Assembly: GCA_963703225.1 (NCBI GenBank)
Contig: OY969801.1
Coordinates: forward strand, 800,001 to 864,000
DNA length: 64,000 nucleotides
Direction: 5' to 3'
DNA from: Candidatus Eiseniibacteriota bacterium
GTDB taxonomy: Bacteria; Eisenbacteria; RBG-16-71-46; SZUA-252
The notes under the pieces: model-generated
The model's database searches: none
Told to the model about the DNA's origin: nothing
The model's input: only the letters and a program-made list of their open reading frames with translations
Made by a program: the position numbers and the translations under genes
Shown here: piece by piece, positions 29,086 to 40,692 of the stretch
Numbering within the stretch: the stretch's first letter is position 1
Layout of the letters: the number at the start of each line of letters is the position of its first letter

Positions 29086-29532
29086 TCATGGGATCCTCGC
29101 GAGCAGGTCGACGAGCCTCCCGCCCATCATCTTCCAGCCGTAGCGCGCACCGCCGAAGTTCCGCTTCTGGTCCGGCTTGAAGCCCGACTGCACGAGGGAC
29201 AGGCGCGTGCCCGACGCCGTGGGCGTGAGCGTGAAGGTCACGACGGTGTCTATCTCCATATCGCCAACGACCCACGTGTAGCTGAGCTTCCTGTGCGCTT
29301 CGATCTCAAGGACCCGGCAGTTCACGGTGCCGTCCCACCCGGGGTGCGGCTGCGTCTTGAACGTGAACGCGGCCCCCAGCTCGAGCTTGAGCTCGACGAC
29401 GGGCAGGAGCCACCCGGTCAGCAGCATGGGGTCGGTGAGCGCGCGCCACACCTTCTCCGGCGAATGATGCAAATCGAACTCGAACGCAATGGATTCGGTT
29501 TGCGATGGGGCGGTCCTGTCGATGGGGTTCAT
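29086..29532 (-). CDS. SRPBCC/AHSA1 domain protein
   Basis: PEKVWRALTDP, LSYTW, GTRLSLVQSGF, GW. Confidence 0.9.
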   Translation of the reverse strand: MNPIDRTAPSQTESIAFEFDLHHSPEKVWRALTDPMLLTGWLLPVVELKLELGAAFTFKTQPHPGWDGTVNCRVLEIEAHRKLSYTWVVGDMEIDTVVTFTLTPTASGTRLSLVQSGFKPDQKRNFGGARYGWKMMGGRLVDLLARIP

Positions 29533-29858
29533 TCGTCCATTTTCTCCAGCAGCTGTCGAAGGCGATCGACGTGCTCCGTCCAGAAGGCGCGGTAGTGCGC
29601 GATCCAGTCGATGAGCGGCTTCATCCCGCGCGGCCGCACCCGGTAATAGGCGCAGCGCCCCTCGCGCCGCGCGTTCACCAGGCCGGCCCGTTTCAAGGTG
29701 GCGAGGTGCTGCGAGACCGCCGGCTGCGAGATGTCGAAGCGCGCCGTGAGGTCCTTGACCGCCACTTCGCCACGCGTGAGAGACTCGAAGATCGCCCTGC
29801 GGCTGGGGTCCGCCAGCGCCTGGAAGATCTTGCCTTCGGCCACGGCCGCGCTCTGCAT
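29529..29858 (-). CDS. ArsR/SmtB family regulator
   Basis: IFQALADPSRRAI, ISQPAVSQHLATLKRAGLV. Confidence 0.92.
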   Translation of the reverse strand: MQSAAVAEGKIFQALADPSRRAIFESLTRGEVAVKDLTARFDISQPAVSQHLATLKRAGLVNARREGRCAYYRVRPRGMKPLIDWIAHYRAFWTEHVDRLRQLLEKMDE

Positions 29859-29864
29859 GCATGA

Positions 29865-29893
29865 AAGATAAGCCAATACTTATTGATTGTCAA
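29865..29893 (-). promoter_or_regulatory. Sigma70 promoter with inverted-repeat operator, likely leaderless arsR transcript
   Basis: TTGACA-17-TATCTT on the minus strand containing ATAAG-N6-CTTAT; ATG 6 nt after the -10. Confidence 0.7.
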
Positions 29894-29951
29894 GCCCGCA
29901 GATTCGGCCGCCGGGGATCGGCGGAACAGGGGGCCAGGGCGGGTGGGGAGC

Positions 29952-32945
29952 TTACGAGGACGGTTTCGAGAGGCGCTGGATTCCCGCCAGTGCCTCTTCG
30001 TTTGCCTTCACGCCGGGCTCGGCCATTCTGTACTGGTAGGCGACCCGCTTGTAGAGGGCCAGCGCCTCGTCGCGGCGGCCGCGCTCTTCGTAGAGGCGGG
30101 CCAGCGTGTTCATCGCCTTGTAGGTATCGATAGGGTCCCCGCTGCCGGGGGCACTCTTGACGATGGCAACCAACTCGGTCTCCGCGCCAGCCATGTCGCC
30201 CGCGGCGATCAGGGCGCGGGCAAGCGCCCACCTGCGTTTCCATTGCCGGAATCCGGGCTGCGTTGCCGGGAGGTTCTCCCGGAACACCTTCACGGCTTCC
30301 GCCGCGTGCCCCTTCGCGAGGGCGAGCTGACCGCCAAGAAACCTCAGATTCTGGCGCTCGAGAGGCGTCGCGCCTTTCTCCAGCTGCCGCTCGTAGCCTC
30401 GGAGCATCGCCTGAGCGGACTCCAGCTTTCCCGTGCGGATCAATGCTTCCATGAGGTGGAGAGAGCTTGCTCCGCGGACCACCAAGATCCTGTTGTTCTG
30501 AGCGGCCTGGACTCGAAACTTCTGCACAGCCTCTTCCGCCCTTCCCATCTCGAGGAGCGCTTGGGCGTGGAAGCGCGTCACCAGTGTTTGATCTGGTCTC
30601 GTGTAGTGGCCGCCCAACTTCCGCTCAAAGCTCGCGGCCATGCGCGCCGCCTCGGAGAACCGGCCCTGGCTGAGTCTCAGGAAGACTTCGCCGGGAGCCG
30701 TGTCGAGCGGCTTTCCGTCATAGCCGGGGATCCCCGCGACCACGTCGATCGTGGCGCGGAGCGAATCGAAGTCGCCCATCGTTCCCTGGGCCCCGGCGAG
30801 GCCGAACAGGGCAGCGAGGTATCTCGGGTCCCTCGCGAGCGCTTCATGATAGGCGGCGAGCCCTCCCTCCAGGTCGCCACTTTGCAGAAGCACTTCCCCT
30901 TTCATCGAGTAGCCGACCGGGTTGTCCGGTTCGGCCCGAATGAGGCGCTCGATGCTTGTAAGCGCGCGATCGTACTCACCCCGATCTCCCAGGACGTCCG
31001 TTATGTGGGTGTACGCGACCACGAACGAGGGATCGATCTCGGTGGCCCGTCCGAGCGCGCTGAGACCCATGTCGTCCATGCCGCCGTGGTAGAGGGCCTC
31101 CCCCAGGCCGTAGAGGAACTCCTTATCGTCGGGGTATCGAACGAGCAGGGCCCGGTACTGGCGTGCCGCGCCCGCGTAGTCCTTCTGGATCACGGCCCCG
31201 AGCGCCATCAACCCATCGCGGTCGCGGCGCGACAGGCGGTCTCCGAGGCGGAGCCCGGTTTGCACTTCCTGCTGAGCGCCGTCGACGTCGGAATTCCACC
31301 ATGTGGCGACAGCCGCGTAATACCACGCGAGGGCGAAGGTGGAATCCGCCGCGATCGCCGCGCGGAATTCCCGTTCCGCATCGGCCCATTTGCTCTTGTA
31401 GAGTTCGTCGAGCCCGTGCACGTAGGCCCTGTAGGCCATTGGGCTCTGGGTCGTGAGGCTCGCCACGTCGACCGCCGACTGGCGGACTCCGAACCCCGCG
31501 CGGGCGAGGCCGTCCCGCAACGACGCGGTGAGCGAGTCGACGGCCGCGAAGAGGCCGCGTTCACCTCCCGCGGTCCGCACCTTGCTGGCCGTGAGCACGG
31601 TGCCGTCGGATGTGGAGGCCACTTCGGCCGCGAGGACGATGTCCGGCTGGGTCGCGTAGATGTACCCGGTCACCACGTAGGCGGCGCCGGCCCGTCCGGC
31701 CACCTCCAGCGCCTCCTTGCCCTTCACGGTCTCGTTCGGCTTTCCCATTTGGCGGAGCACGTCGTGGATCCGTTGGGCGCTCACGACCGGCATCACCTGG
31801 GACTCGCTCAACCCCACGTTTAGAAGGCTGGTCGCGATCGGAGCGGCACCGTGTGGATCGCCCGGCTCCGCCAGGTTCTCGAACGACAGAACCGCGATCG
31901 ACTTCTGGGCCGCCTCTGCCGCGGGTGGCTCGGGCTTGAGGCTGGGACGGTACGGGCCCAGGAGGTAGACCAACGCCGCGACCAGAACAATCGCGACCGG
32001 AACGACGATGCGCCGGGGGAGGCGACGTCTACCGGGAGATCCCGACGTCGGGGCGCTGCTCGTGATGGTCTCGGTGGCGTTCCGCGGACGGCGCCGGCCA
32101 CGCCCGTGAGCGTGGCGGTCCCCGGCGCCGCGGACGCGGCCAGGCGCCTTCAAGTCCGCCGCCAAGTCGTCCGCGTGCTGATACCGGAGCGCCGGATCCT
32201 TCTTCATGCACTTGAGGACGATCCGCTCCAGCTCGAGCGGGATTCCGCTTCGAAGCGCCGAGGGCGCCTCCGGCTCATGATGCTGGACCGCGTAGAGCGA
32301 AGCCTCCGGGCGGTCGCCGGCGAAGGCTCGCGTACCCCGGTCAGCGCCTCGTAGAGCACCGCACCCAGCGAGAAGAGGTCGCTCCTCCCATCCAGCGGCG
32401 TCCCGCGCGCCTGCTCCGGGCTCATGTACGCCACCGTGCCCGGCGTGAATCCCTCGGCGGTGAGGTGGGTCGCGCCTTCGAGGTGCGCGATTCCAAAGTC
32501 GGTCAGCTTGGCGTCGCCCTCGGGGGTGACCAGGATGTTGGCCGGCTTGACGTCCCGGTGGACGACTCCCTTCGCGTGCGCGTGGGCGAGGGCCCCCGCG
32601 ATCGAGATTCCGGTCGCGATGACTTCAGGGATGGGAAGAGGGCGATGGGCGATCCTCGCGGCGAGGGTCTCCCCCTCGACGTACTCCATGACGAGGCAGG
32701 AGCGCACGCCGTCGCTCTCGAGCGCGTGGACCGCGGCGATGTTCGGGTGGGAGAGCGACGCGAGCGATCGTGGCTTCCCGGCGCAGGCGCTCCTGTGCCT
32801 CGGGGTCGCCGGCGGCGGCCTGGGGCAGGAACTTGAGCGCGACGCGCCGGCCCAGGCGCTCGTCTTCCGCGAGGAAGACCTCGCCCATGCCGCCCTGGCC
32901 CAAGGGCCCCAGAATCCGGTAGTGGAGGAAGCGCTCCGCCCCCAT
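29952..32945 (-). CDS. Hanks-type Ser/Thr kinase with TM helix, TolB-N-like and TPR domains, several frameshifts at 32140-32770
   Basis: [44 protein letters not shown] repeats. Confidence 0.9.
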
Positions 32946-33038
32946 GGGGAGACCTTACCGGCGCGGCCCGGGGAAGTCGAGGGAGTAGGGCCAGAGTGGG
33001 CCGGCCCCTATCGCCGGCCAAAATTGAGCCGATTCGTT

Positions 33039-33068
33039 TTGACAGCGATGGGGCCGCGTGGTAACAAT
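33039..33068 (+). promoter_or_regulatory. Putative sigma70 promoter of the polysaccharide cluster
   Basis: TTGACA-17-TAACAAT. Confidence 0.5.
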
Positions 33069-33121
33069 CGGCTGGCTTTCCGGAGCCGCCCCGAAAAGGC
33101 TCCGCGAGACGCCTGCCCCGA

Positions 33122-35630
33122 TTGACGAACACCACGGACGGAGTCTACCACGAAGCAGCGCGTCACAATCGCCACGCATCCCGCCCGCTTCGGGCGCCTC
33201 ACCGGCACTTTCGCCGCTCTATTCTTCGTCTTTGTCCTGCTCTCTCTTCTCCGCGCCACCCGCCGCCGCCCAAACCGCCGATGATTTGAAGCGGCAGGCC
33301 GAGCAGATGGGCGTGAAGTCGGAGGCGGAGGCGATCCGCAAGGCCAAGGAAGCCGGGCTCACGCGCGACCAGATCCGCCAGGCGCTTCGAGAGGCCGGAT
33401 ACAGCGACGCGAAGGCGGAGGAAATCATCGGCGGGGGCGCCGCGAGCTCCGCGACCGGGAGCGCCGGGTCCTCGTTCACCGCGCCCTCGATTCTCGATTC
33501 AGCCGCGGTGGCTCCGGCAATGGTTCCGCCTCCGCGGGGCGACGCTCAAGCCCGAGGATTATCCCGAGTTCACCAAGGAGATCGCGCGGCGCGTTCCCGG
33601 CGCGCCCGCCATCCTTCCCTTCGGATACGAGATCTTCGGCTACGTCGCGTCGACGTTCGAGCCTCTGGCGGCGGGTCCGGTCGATCCCGACTATCCGATC
33701 GGCCCCGGCGACGAGGTCATCATCTCCGTCTGGGGCGACAACGAGTTCACGCACGCCGCCATCGTGACCCGCGAGGCCACGATCAGCGTGCCCGACATCG
33801 GCCAGGTCGTGCTGAACGGCCTCACGCTCTCCCAGGCCAAGCGCCTGATCACGGACCGGCTCGGCATGGTCTACTCGGGAATTCGGGCGCGCCGGCCCAC
33901 GACGTTCGTCGACGTGACGCTGGGCAAGCTCCGCACCATCCAGGTCTTCATCCTGGGCGACGTGGTCCGCCCCGGCGGCTACACGATCTCCTCGGTGAGC
34001 ACCGTGCTGAACGCGCTCTATAACGCCGGCGGTCCCACCTCCCGCGGCTCGATGCGCGACATCCGGATCATCCGGCACAACCAGATCTGGAAGGACGTCG
34101 ACCTCTACGGATACATCCTCACCGGCAACAAGGCCGAGGACGTGCGGCTCCAGAGCGGCGACGTGGTCTTCGTGCCGCCGGCGGGGAAGGTGGCCGCGGT
34201 CCTGGGCCAGATCCACCGGAGCGCCATCTACGAGCTGGCGCCGGGCGAAGGATTCCGGGATCTCTTGAGGCTTGCCGGCGGGATTCAGTCGACCGCCGTG
34301 GAGACTCGCGCGCTCGTGGACCGGGTGGTCCCGTTCGGGCAGCGCGACTCGCTGAGGGGCGAGGATCGCATCGCGCTGGATCTCCCTCTCCGCGAGATCC
34401 TGGCGGACAGCACGCAGAATCCCGACCTGTTCGACCGCGACATCATCCAGATCTTCCGGGTGGGGGAGGAGCGGAAGAACACGGTCTCGATCGCGGGGAG
34501 CGTGGTGATGCATCCCGGCACCTACGAGCTGCGGCCCGGGATGAGGGTTTCGGACTTGCTGAACGACGCCGGCGGGTTGAAGCCCGACGCGTACATGGAT
34601 CGCGCGACGCTGGTGCGGACCTCCGAGGACCGGCGGCGCAGCACGAAGCCCTTCAACGTGAGGCTCGCGCTGGAGCACGAGCCCACGAACGACCTGGAGC
34701 TGCAGAAGCTGGACGAGATCACGCTCCGCTCGATCTGGGAGATTCAGGAGCGGCACACGGTCTCGATCGGCGGGAGCGTCCGCGAGCCCGGGACCTACGA
34801 ATACCTCGACGGCATGACCGTGATGGATCTGATCTTCCGGGCCGGCGGGCTGAAGGAGTCGGCGTACAAGCAGGAGGCGGAAGTCTCCCGCGTGGACTCG
34901 ACCACGATCGTGACCAAGCAGGCCGCGGAGGTCTTCCGGGTTCCGATCTCGGCGAACTACGCCGTCCACTCCGCCGACACCACGTTCGCGCTCCAGCAGT
35001 GGGACCAGGTATACGTCCGGGAGATTCCCGACTGGCAGATGCAGCGCAACGTGAAGGTCACGGGCGAGGTGATCTATCCCGGCACCTATTCGATTGAAGG
35101 ACAAGGATGAACGGCTGTCGTCGGTGCTGGCCCGGTCGGGCGGGTTGAAGCCGACGGCCTATCCGAAAGCGGCGGTGTTCGTGCGAAACAAGGGTGGCGC
35201 GGGGCGGCTGGCGCTGGACGTGAAGGACGTGGCCAAGCACAAGGACAGCCGGTACGACATCGCTTTAGAGGATGGCGACAGCCTCAACATTCCCAAGGAG
35301 CCGAAGACGGTCAAGGTCGCCGGCGCGGTCGGATTCCCATCGAGCGTGCTCTACGAGCGGGGGAAGTCGCTGGGCTATTACATCGACCAAGCCGGTGGAT
35401 ACACCGACGAGTCGGACAAAGGCCGGGTGAAGATCGTCCAGCCGGACGGGAAGGTGAAGCCGGTCAAGAAAATGTGGTGGGACCCGGAGCCGCAGCCCGG
35501 CGCATTGGTCGTTGTGCCGCCGAAACCGCCCGTGGAGAAGAAGGAGACACTCAAGGACGTCGCAACCATCATGACCATCATTACGGGGGCCGTGACGACG
35601 ATCTTTATCGCCCATGAGGCGACGAAGTGA
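33122..35630 (+). CDS. Polysaccharide export protein with multiple SLBB domains (Wza/KpsD-like); start uncertain, several frameshifts
   Basis: PFGYEIF, DYPIGPGDE, repeated G.V..PG.Y and AGG SLBB motifs, C-terminal KDVATIMTII helix. Confidence 0.88.
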
Positions 35631-36568
35631 CGGGACGCCGTCCCGGGCGCCCTTGGTGGGACATCGCCGCAAACCTGAGCCGACTCCCGCAGCTTGCCAT
35701 TGTTGGGATCGCGGGCGCGGTGCTCGCGTATGCCGCATCGAAGTTGGTACCTGCTGACTACGAATGCCAGTCGGCCCTCCTGCTGGACTCAGGCACGACG
35801 CTCTCTGGCCTCGGGAACGTCGCAAGTCTCGTAAACATGGTTCAACCGACTCTGCTCGGCGTGTCCGGTGAGGGCCAGCGCGCCTACAGCTATATCGCCG
35901 TTGCGCAAAGCCGGACCATTCTGGAGCGGATTCTCCAGAGCTCCACCCCTGAGGGCAATGGTGCCAGGCTCTTCTTCGAAGATTTCGCTCCCACCTCGGG
36001 CAGCCCGGCACGAAGAATGGAGACGGCAGTCTCCCGTCTCCGGGGCCACGTCCGCGGGAACTATTCCTCTAAGACATTCATTCTCACGATCACGGTCGGC
36101 GATAGGCACCCCGGGCACTCCAAGGCCATCACTGAAAATCTCATTCGCTACCTTCGGGAATTCAACTCAGCGACCCGAGTGTCTCGTGCGCGAGAGGCAC
36201 GGGAGTTCATCGCACAAAGGACCCTCGATGCAGGTGATTCATTGGCCGAGGCGGAGAGCCGCCTCGTCGAATTTAGGCGGGAAAATGTTCGAATTGGCGG
36301 GTCCCCTACGTTGCAATTGACCGAGACAAGGCTAACGAGGCGCGTTCGCATTTGCGAGGATGCATACTCACTCCTGTCCCAACAACTCGAAATCGCCAGA
36401 ATTGAAGAGAAACGAGAGGCGCCCACCTTCTCAGTCGTCGACAGTCCTCAGGAATCCAGTCGGCCCAGGCGAGTGCCGGGCCCGCTGGCTCTAGTGCTGG
36501 GCGGCGTCTGCTCCGTTGGCATACTATTGTTGGCCTCGGCAGTTAGGCAGGCGTTGCGTGGCGATTAG
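35627..36568 (+). CDS. Wzz-like polysaccharide co-polymerase
   Basis: Two terminal TM helices, coiled coil, QLEIARIEE..FSVVDSP. Confidence 0.8.
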   Translation: MTGRRPGRPWWDIAANLSRLPQLAIVGIAGAVLAYAASKLVPADYECQSALLLDSGTTLSGLGNVASLVNMVQPTLLGVSGEGQRAYSYIAVAQSRTILERILQSSTPEGNGARLFFEDFAPTSGSPARRMETAVSRLRGHVRGNYSSKTFILTITVGDRHPGHSKAITENLIRYLREFNSATRVSRAREAREFIAQRTLDAGDSLAEAESRLVEFRRENVRIGGSPTLQLTETRLTRRVRICEDAYSLLSQQLEIARIEEKREAPTFSVVDSPQESSRPRRVPGPLALVLGGVCSVGILLLASAVRQALRGD

Positions 36569-38012
36569 TTCCAAGCCCCTACGCGGAGCGTGGCTTGGGA
36601 ACGCCGGGAATGGGGCCTGGATCCTAGCTGCCGCTCTGGCGGGAGGGGCGGCAGGCTCCAGTGTCGTGGGATTGGTGTTTGTTGGGACGGCAGCATTGGC
36701 GATCGCTGCCGTGTTCTTTCCTCTGCAGGCTGCGATTTGCTCCATCTGCATCCGACCGCTGATTGATGTCTTCTGGTACGCGGAGGTTCTTGCCTCTGGC
36801 GGAATCGCGATCAATGCCCAATCAATCCTGGGCGCCATAATTCCCCCTGCGATCCTCTTGGGTTTGCTCCGTGACGGATGGAAACCGAAACCCTCGCCTG
36901 TGATCTTGCTAGCTGGCCTCTACGGCGTGGTGTGTTTGTGGGACGTTTGGGTTGCGCCGAGCCGGGGAGTGGCGCTGGGCGACTTCGGTAGGTTGGCCCT
37001 TCCTCTCGTTTTCGTCGCTCTTGGGGAGCATCTGGCCACGACGGGACTTCGGCCGATGCGCCTTGCAGCGATCCTAGCCCTCTACAGTGTCGTGGCCGTT
37101 GCTACCGGGGTAATGCAGATTGCTGGGTTCATCTCACCAAGGGAAGGCGCGGTCACATCATCCGGTGAGTTGACCAGACTTACAGGCCTCTACCACCACC
37201 CCCTGGACCTAGCCTGGCGCTCAGCGATCAGTCTGCCGTTCGCCCTGATGCTGGCGCGGTCGTTAGAGGGACGGCTGCAAAGAGTCACCATGTATGGTTG
37301 GGCGGCTGTGTGCACAATCATCGCATTCGCTTCGCTCGCCCGGGTGGCGTTCGTTGCAACCACAGTGCAGGTCGCCATGTGGCTGTGGAAGCAAGGACGA
37401 CGGAGATCGGTTGTAGTTGCTGTCCTTCTGACGGCCATGGCCGCGAGCCTGTTCTCCCCTGTAAGGATTGCTGTGGAGCAAGCGATCCGTCCTGTTGTCG
37501 AGGGCAAGTACTACGAATTGGGCACGGGCCGAGGTCTTTTGTTTGTTGCCCAGGCCCGGGCATTTCTGGCCGGTACTCCCATACAGAAGGTGCTAGGTCA
37601 TGGGCTTCACACCAGCCCTGGATTGACCGTTGAATACAACCCAATACCATTCGTTGACCTCGGAGGACCCGAGTCGATTGAAGGGCAGCTCAGCGCCCAC
37701 AATCAGTTCCTGAGGCCCCTCGTGGAGTCGGGAATCGTAGGGGCAGTGTCGCTCCTCCTGATCTTTGTTGGAGGTTTTGCTGCTTCCCAACGTCTCACGA
37801 CGGTGACGCTGGATCCTCACTTGAGAGAACTGGGTGTGGCAGTTGGAGTCCTCTTTACTGGTTTTGCTGTCTACTCGCTGAGCTCGCAGCCTCTTGATCG
37901 CCCTCCGATCACATGGCCGCTTTGGGCCGTCCTCGGCTACGTAACGCAGGTCGTCAGCAAGGCGGCTGCCATGGGCCCCTCGACGCCCAATCCGGACGGA
38001 GGGAACCCGTGA
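36558..38012 (+). CDS. O-antigen ligase/Wzy-family polymerase
   Basis: Multi-TM; RLTGLYHHP, TGR, GHG, AHNQFL..LVESGIVG. Confidence 0.85.
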   Translation: MAISSKPLRGAWLGNAGNGAWILAAALAGGAAGSSVVGLVFVGTAALAIAAVFFPLQAAICSICIRPLIDVFWYAEVLASGGIAINAQSILGAIIPPAILLGLLRDGWKPKPSPVILLAGLYGVVCLWDVWVAPSRGVALGDFGRLALPLVFVALGEHLATTGLRPMRLAAILALYSVVAVATGVMQIAGFISPREGAVTSSGELTRLTGLYHHPLDLAWRSAISLPFALMLARSLEGRLQRVTMYGWAAVCTIIAFASLARVAFVATTVQVAMWLWKQGRRRSVVVAVLLTAMAASLFSPVRIAVEQAIRPVVEGKYYELGTGRGLLFVAQARAFLAGTPIQKVLGHGLHTSPGLTVEYNPIPFVDLGGPESIEGQLSAHNQFLRPLVESGIVGAVSLLLIFVGGFAASQRLTTVTLDPHLRELGVAVGVLFTGFAVYSLSSQPLDRPPITWPLWAVLGYVTQVVSKAAAMGPSTPNPDGGNP

Positions 38013-38014
38013 CC

Positions 38015-39508
38015 ATGCCGGTGGCAGAGGCTAGGCGCGGTGAACTCCGGTTGGAGCAACCGCTGAGGACGGGCCGCTTTAGGATTCCGGCTGTCCTGCA
38101 AACCTACCTCGTGCTCCTTGCCGGGCACATCGTTTCGAAGGGCCTAGTATTTGTAAGTACGGCCATGGCGACTCGAGCCATTGGACCCGCACAGGCGGGA
38201 ATTCTCGGTGCTTGCACAACGATTGTCGCGTACCTGTGGGTGTTGGCCAACTGCGGCATGGATGTCATCGGAACGAGGCAAATCGCGGGTCGACGGGAAC
38301 GTGTACGCGATACAGCCCTCGAGATCGTCCCGTTCCGCCTCTCGGTAGCGACCGGGGCAACGATCCTGTCCATCATTGCCGGGTTTACCGGCCTGGTTCC
38401 AATTGGGCTGATCTTGCCGCTTGGTGTTGCAGTCATAGCGTACTCCTTTCGAGTCGACTGGATATTGCTGTCGATGGGTATGGACCGCGCGATTTCCTTC
38501 GCTGCAGTTGCGCGCGAAGCGACCTACCTGCTGCTAGTCGCGATCTTCGTGGTGACGTCGCGAGCATTGACTTCGGCGCTCTGGGCATTCGCCCTCGCAG
38601 AAGTGGTCTGGTCAATCCTAACGCTCCTGACCGCGGGGACCTGGCTCCGCCGCTCCGGGTCACAGCGTGACCCGAGGACATGGTCAGGGAGGAGCGGACT
38701 GATGTGGGCCGGCGTGCCTGTCGCCCTCATGAGCCTGATGGCGCTCAGCTACAACAAGATCGACTCCTTGATGCTCGTATGGATGCGCAGTAGCCACGAG
38801 GCGGGGATCTACCTGGCCGCCTATTCGGTGGTCTTCGGCGCCAGTGGACTCGCTGGCGTGTTTTCGAGGTCGGCGTTCGCGCACATGGTGCGTGCGGGGG
38901 GGGAATCCCCCACCGCTGCGTTACCAGGGGGCGTCCGCGTGAGCATCTACACCGCCTGCTGTGGGGCTGCCGTTGCGACTCTCATCTATGCATGGGCCGG
39001 CCACATCATGAGTGGTGTCTACGGCCCGGAATTTGCCGCCGGTGCCGGCCCTCTACGCACTCTGATTTGGTGCGTCTGGGCTGCTTACGCGTACGGTGTT
39101 TTGCAGCAGGGGGCGATCGTCGCTGGCAGGCAAGGGGCGGTCGCCATTGCGACCGTTGCGGCAGTTGCCCTGAATATCGGACTCAATACTTGGCTGATTC
39201 CTAGAGAGGGAATGCAGGGGGCGGCGGTTGCAAGCGTCGTGGCAGAGTGTGCCGTTCTTGTAGGTGTCCTTCTTACGTACAGGCGCCAACGTGGTTTCGC
39301 GGTTCTTGCTGCGGCCTTGTTGTCAACGGCCCTGGCAGCTTGGCTCGCGATGGCGATCATGGGCACGGAGATTCACAAGGTGTCCGCCGGCTCTATCGTC
39401 CTTGCTGCGGCCACATTCATTACCGTCGCGTTAGGTGTAACTCTTCCGCTCACCCAGCTTGTCGGTGGAGGAAATGCTCGTGCAAGGCACGTCGGCCATA
39501 CAACCTAG
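38015..39508 (+). CDS. Wzx-like flippase
   Basis: 12+ TM helices; KIDSLML, AGIY.AAY, NIGLN.WLIP..GMQGAA. Confidence 0.85.
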   Translation: MPVAEARRGELRLEQPLRTGRFRIPAVLQTYLVLLAGHIVSKGLVFVSTAMATRAIGPAQAGILGACTTIVAYLWVLANCGMDVIGTRQIAGRRERVRDTALEIVPFRLSVATGATILSIIAGFTGLVPIGLILPLGVAVIAYSFRVDWILLSMGMDRAISFAAVAREATYLLLVAIFVVTSRALTSALWAFALAEVVWSILTLLTAGTWLRRSGSQRDPRTWSGRSGLMWAGVPVALMSLMALSYNKIDSLMLVWMRSSHEAGIYLAAYSVVFGASGLAGVFSRSAFAHMVRAGGESPTAALPGGVRVSIYTACCGAAVATLIYAWAGHIMSGVYGPEFAAGAGPLRTLIWCVWAAYAYGVLQQGAIVAGRQGAVAIATVAAVALNIGLNTWLIPREGMQGAAVASVVAECAVLVGVLLTYRRQRGFAVLAAALLSTALAAWLAMAIMGTEIHKVSAGSIVLAAATFITVALGVTLPLTQLVGGGNARARHVGHTT

Positions 39509-40692
39509 AAACGAGCAGGTGCGGACTGCGGCACCAGCAGTCGGTCCGGCCCGTTTCGCACGCCTACCGCGATTGCTTGTGATTGCACAGTTACCGCCGC
39601 CAACGCATGGCGTAAGCGCCATGAACGAACTTCTGATTGGTTCCCGCGCGCTCCGCAGCAGGTTTCAACTGGATGTTCTACCGTTGAAGTTTACCCGCTC
39701 CATCAAGGACGTGGGATATGCGAGCGCACGTAAGCTTGCCCAACTGCCGGCCGTATGGGCCCGACTAATCGCCAAGTGCATCGTGCGCACCCCGAACGCG
39801 ATCTACTTCACACTGGCGCCGACTGGAATCGCATTCTTTCGCGATCTCACCATCGTCGCTATCGGCTAAGACACTCCGGATACCCATGGTCTTGCACCTG
39901 CATGGCCGAGGCATCGATGAATACCGGGACGACGCTGTTAGAAGGTGGTTCTACAAATGGACCTTCGCTGGTACCTGGGTCATTCTCCTGTCTACTCGGC
40001 TCTACGGGGAAATCGCGCCTTACGTCAAGCGTGAGCGGTGTTGGGTCGTCCCGAACGGAGTGCCACCAAGCGATGAATTGGACGGGGAATCGGCACCCGT
40101 ATCCCGGACGGGAATAGTACGCATTGTGTTTCTGTCCAACATGATTCCGGAAAAGGGACCACTTGAAGTTGTTGGAGCAGTCGAGCGGCTGCATCGGGAG
40201 GGAATCCGTGTGACCGCCAGCTTGGTGGGGGAGGAACAATCGACCGCGTTTCAGAGAGTGCTCTTGAGCCGCATTAGTGCTGCGGGCCTTGGCGACATCG
40301 TGGAGTATAGCGGCCCAATGCATGGCCGGGCTAAGTGGCAATGCCTTCTTCGGAGTGACATTTTCGTGTTTCCATCGTCGTACAAGTATGAGGCGTTCCC
40401 GCTGGTCATCCTAGAAGCCATGGCGGCGAGCCTGCCAGTAGTGGCTACTGATATCGGCGCCGTTGGCGACATGGTTGTCGACGGCGAAACTGGGTTTCTC
40501 GTGCCGCAGGGTGATTCGGAGGCTCTTGCAGACAAGCTCCGGATGCTTTGCAACGATTCAGACCTAAGACACCGGATGGGTGCGGCGGGGAAGGAACGGT
40601 TCCAGGCGAAGTTCTCGTTTGAGCGATTCGAGACCTCGATGGCCAAGGTGCTCCAGGCGGCCATGGGCACACGGGGGCGCGTGGATGCATAG
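39474..40692 (+). CDS. GT4 glycosyltransferase, frameshift near 39865
   Basis: QLPPPTHG; LHLHG; FLSN..PEKG; EAFPLVILEAMA. Confidence 0.88.
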
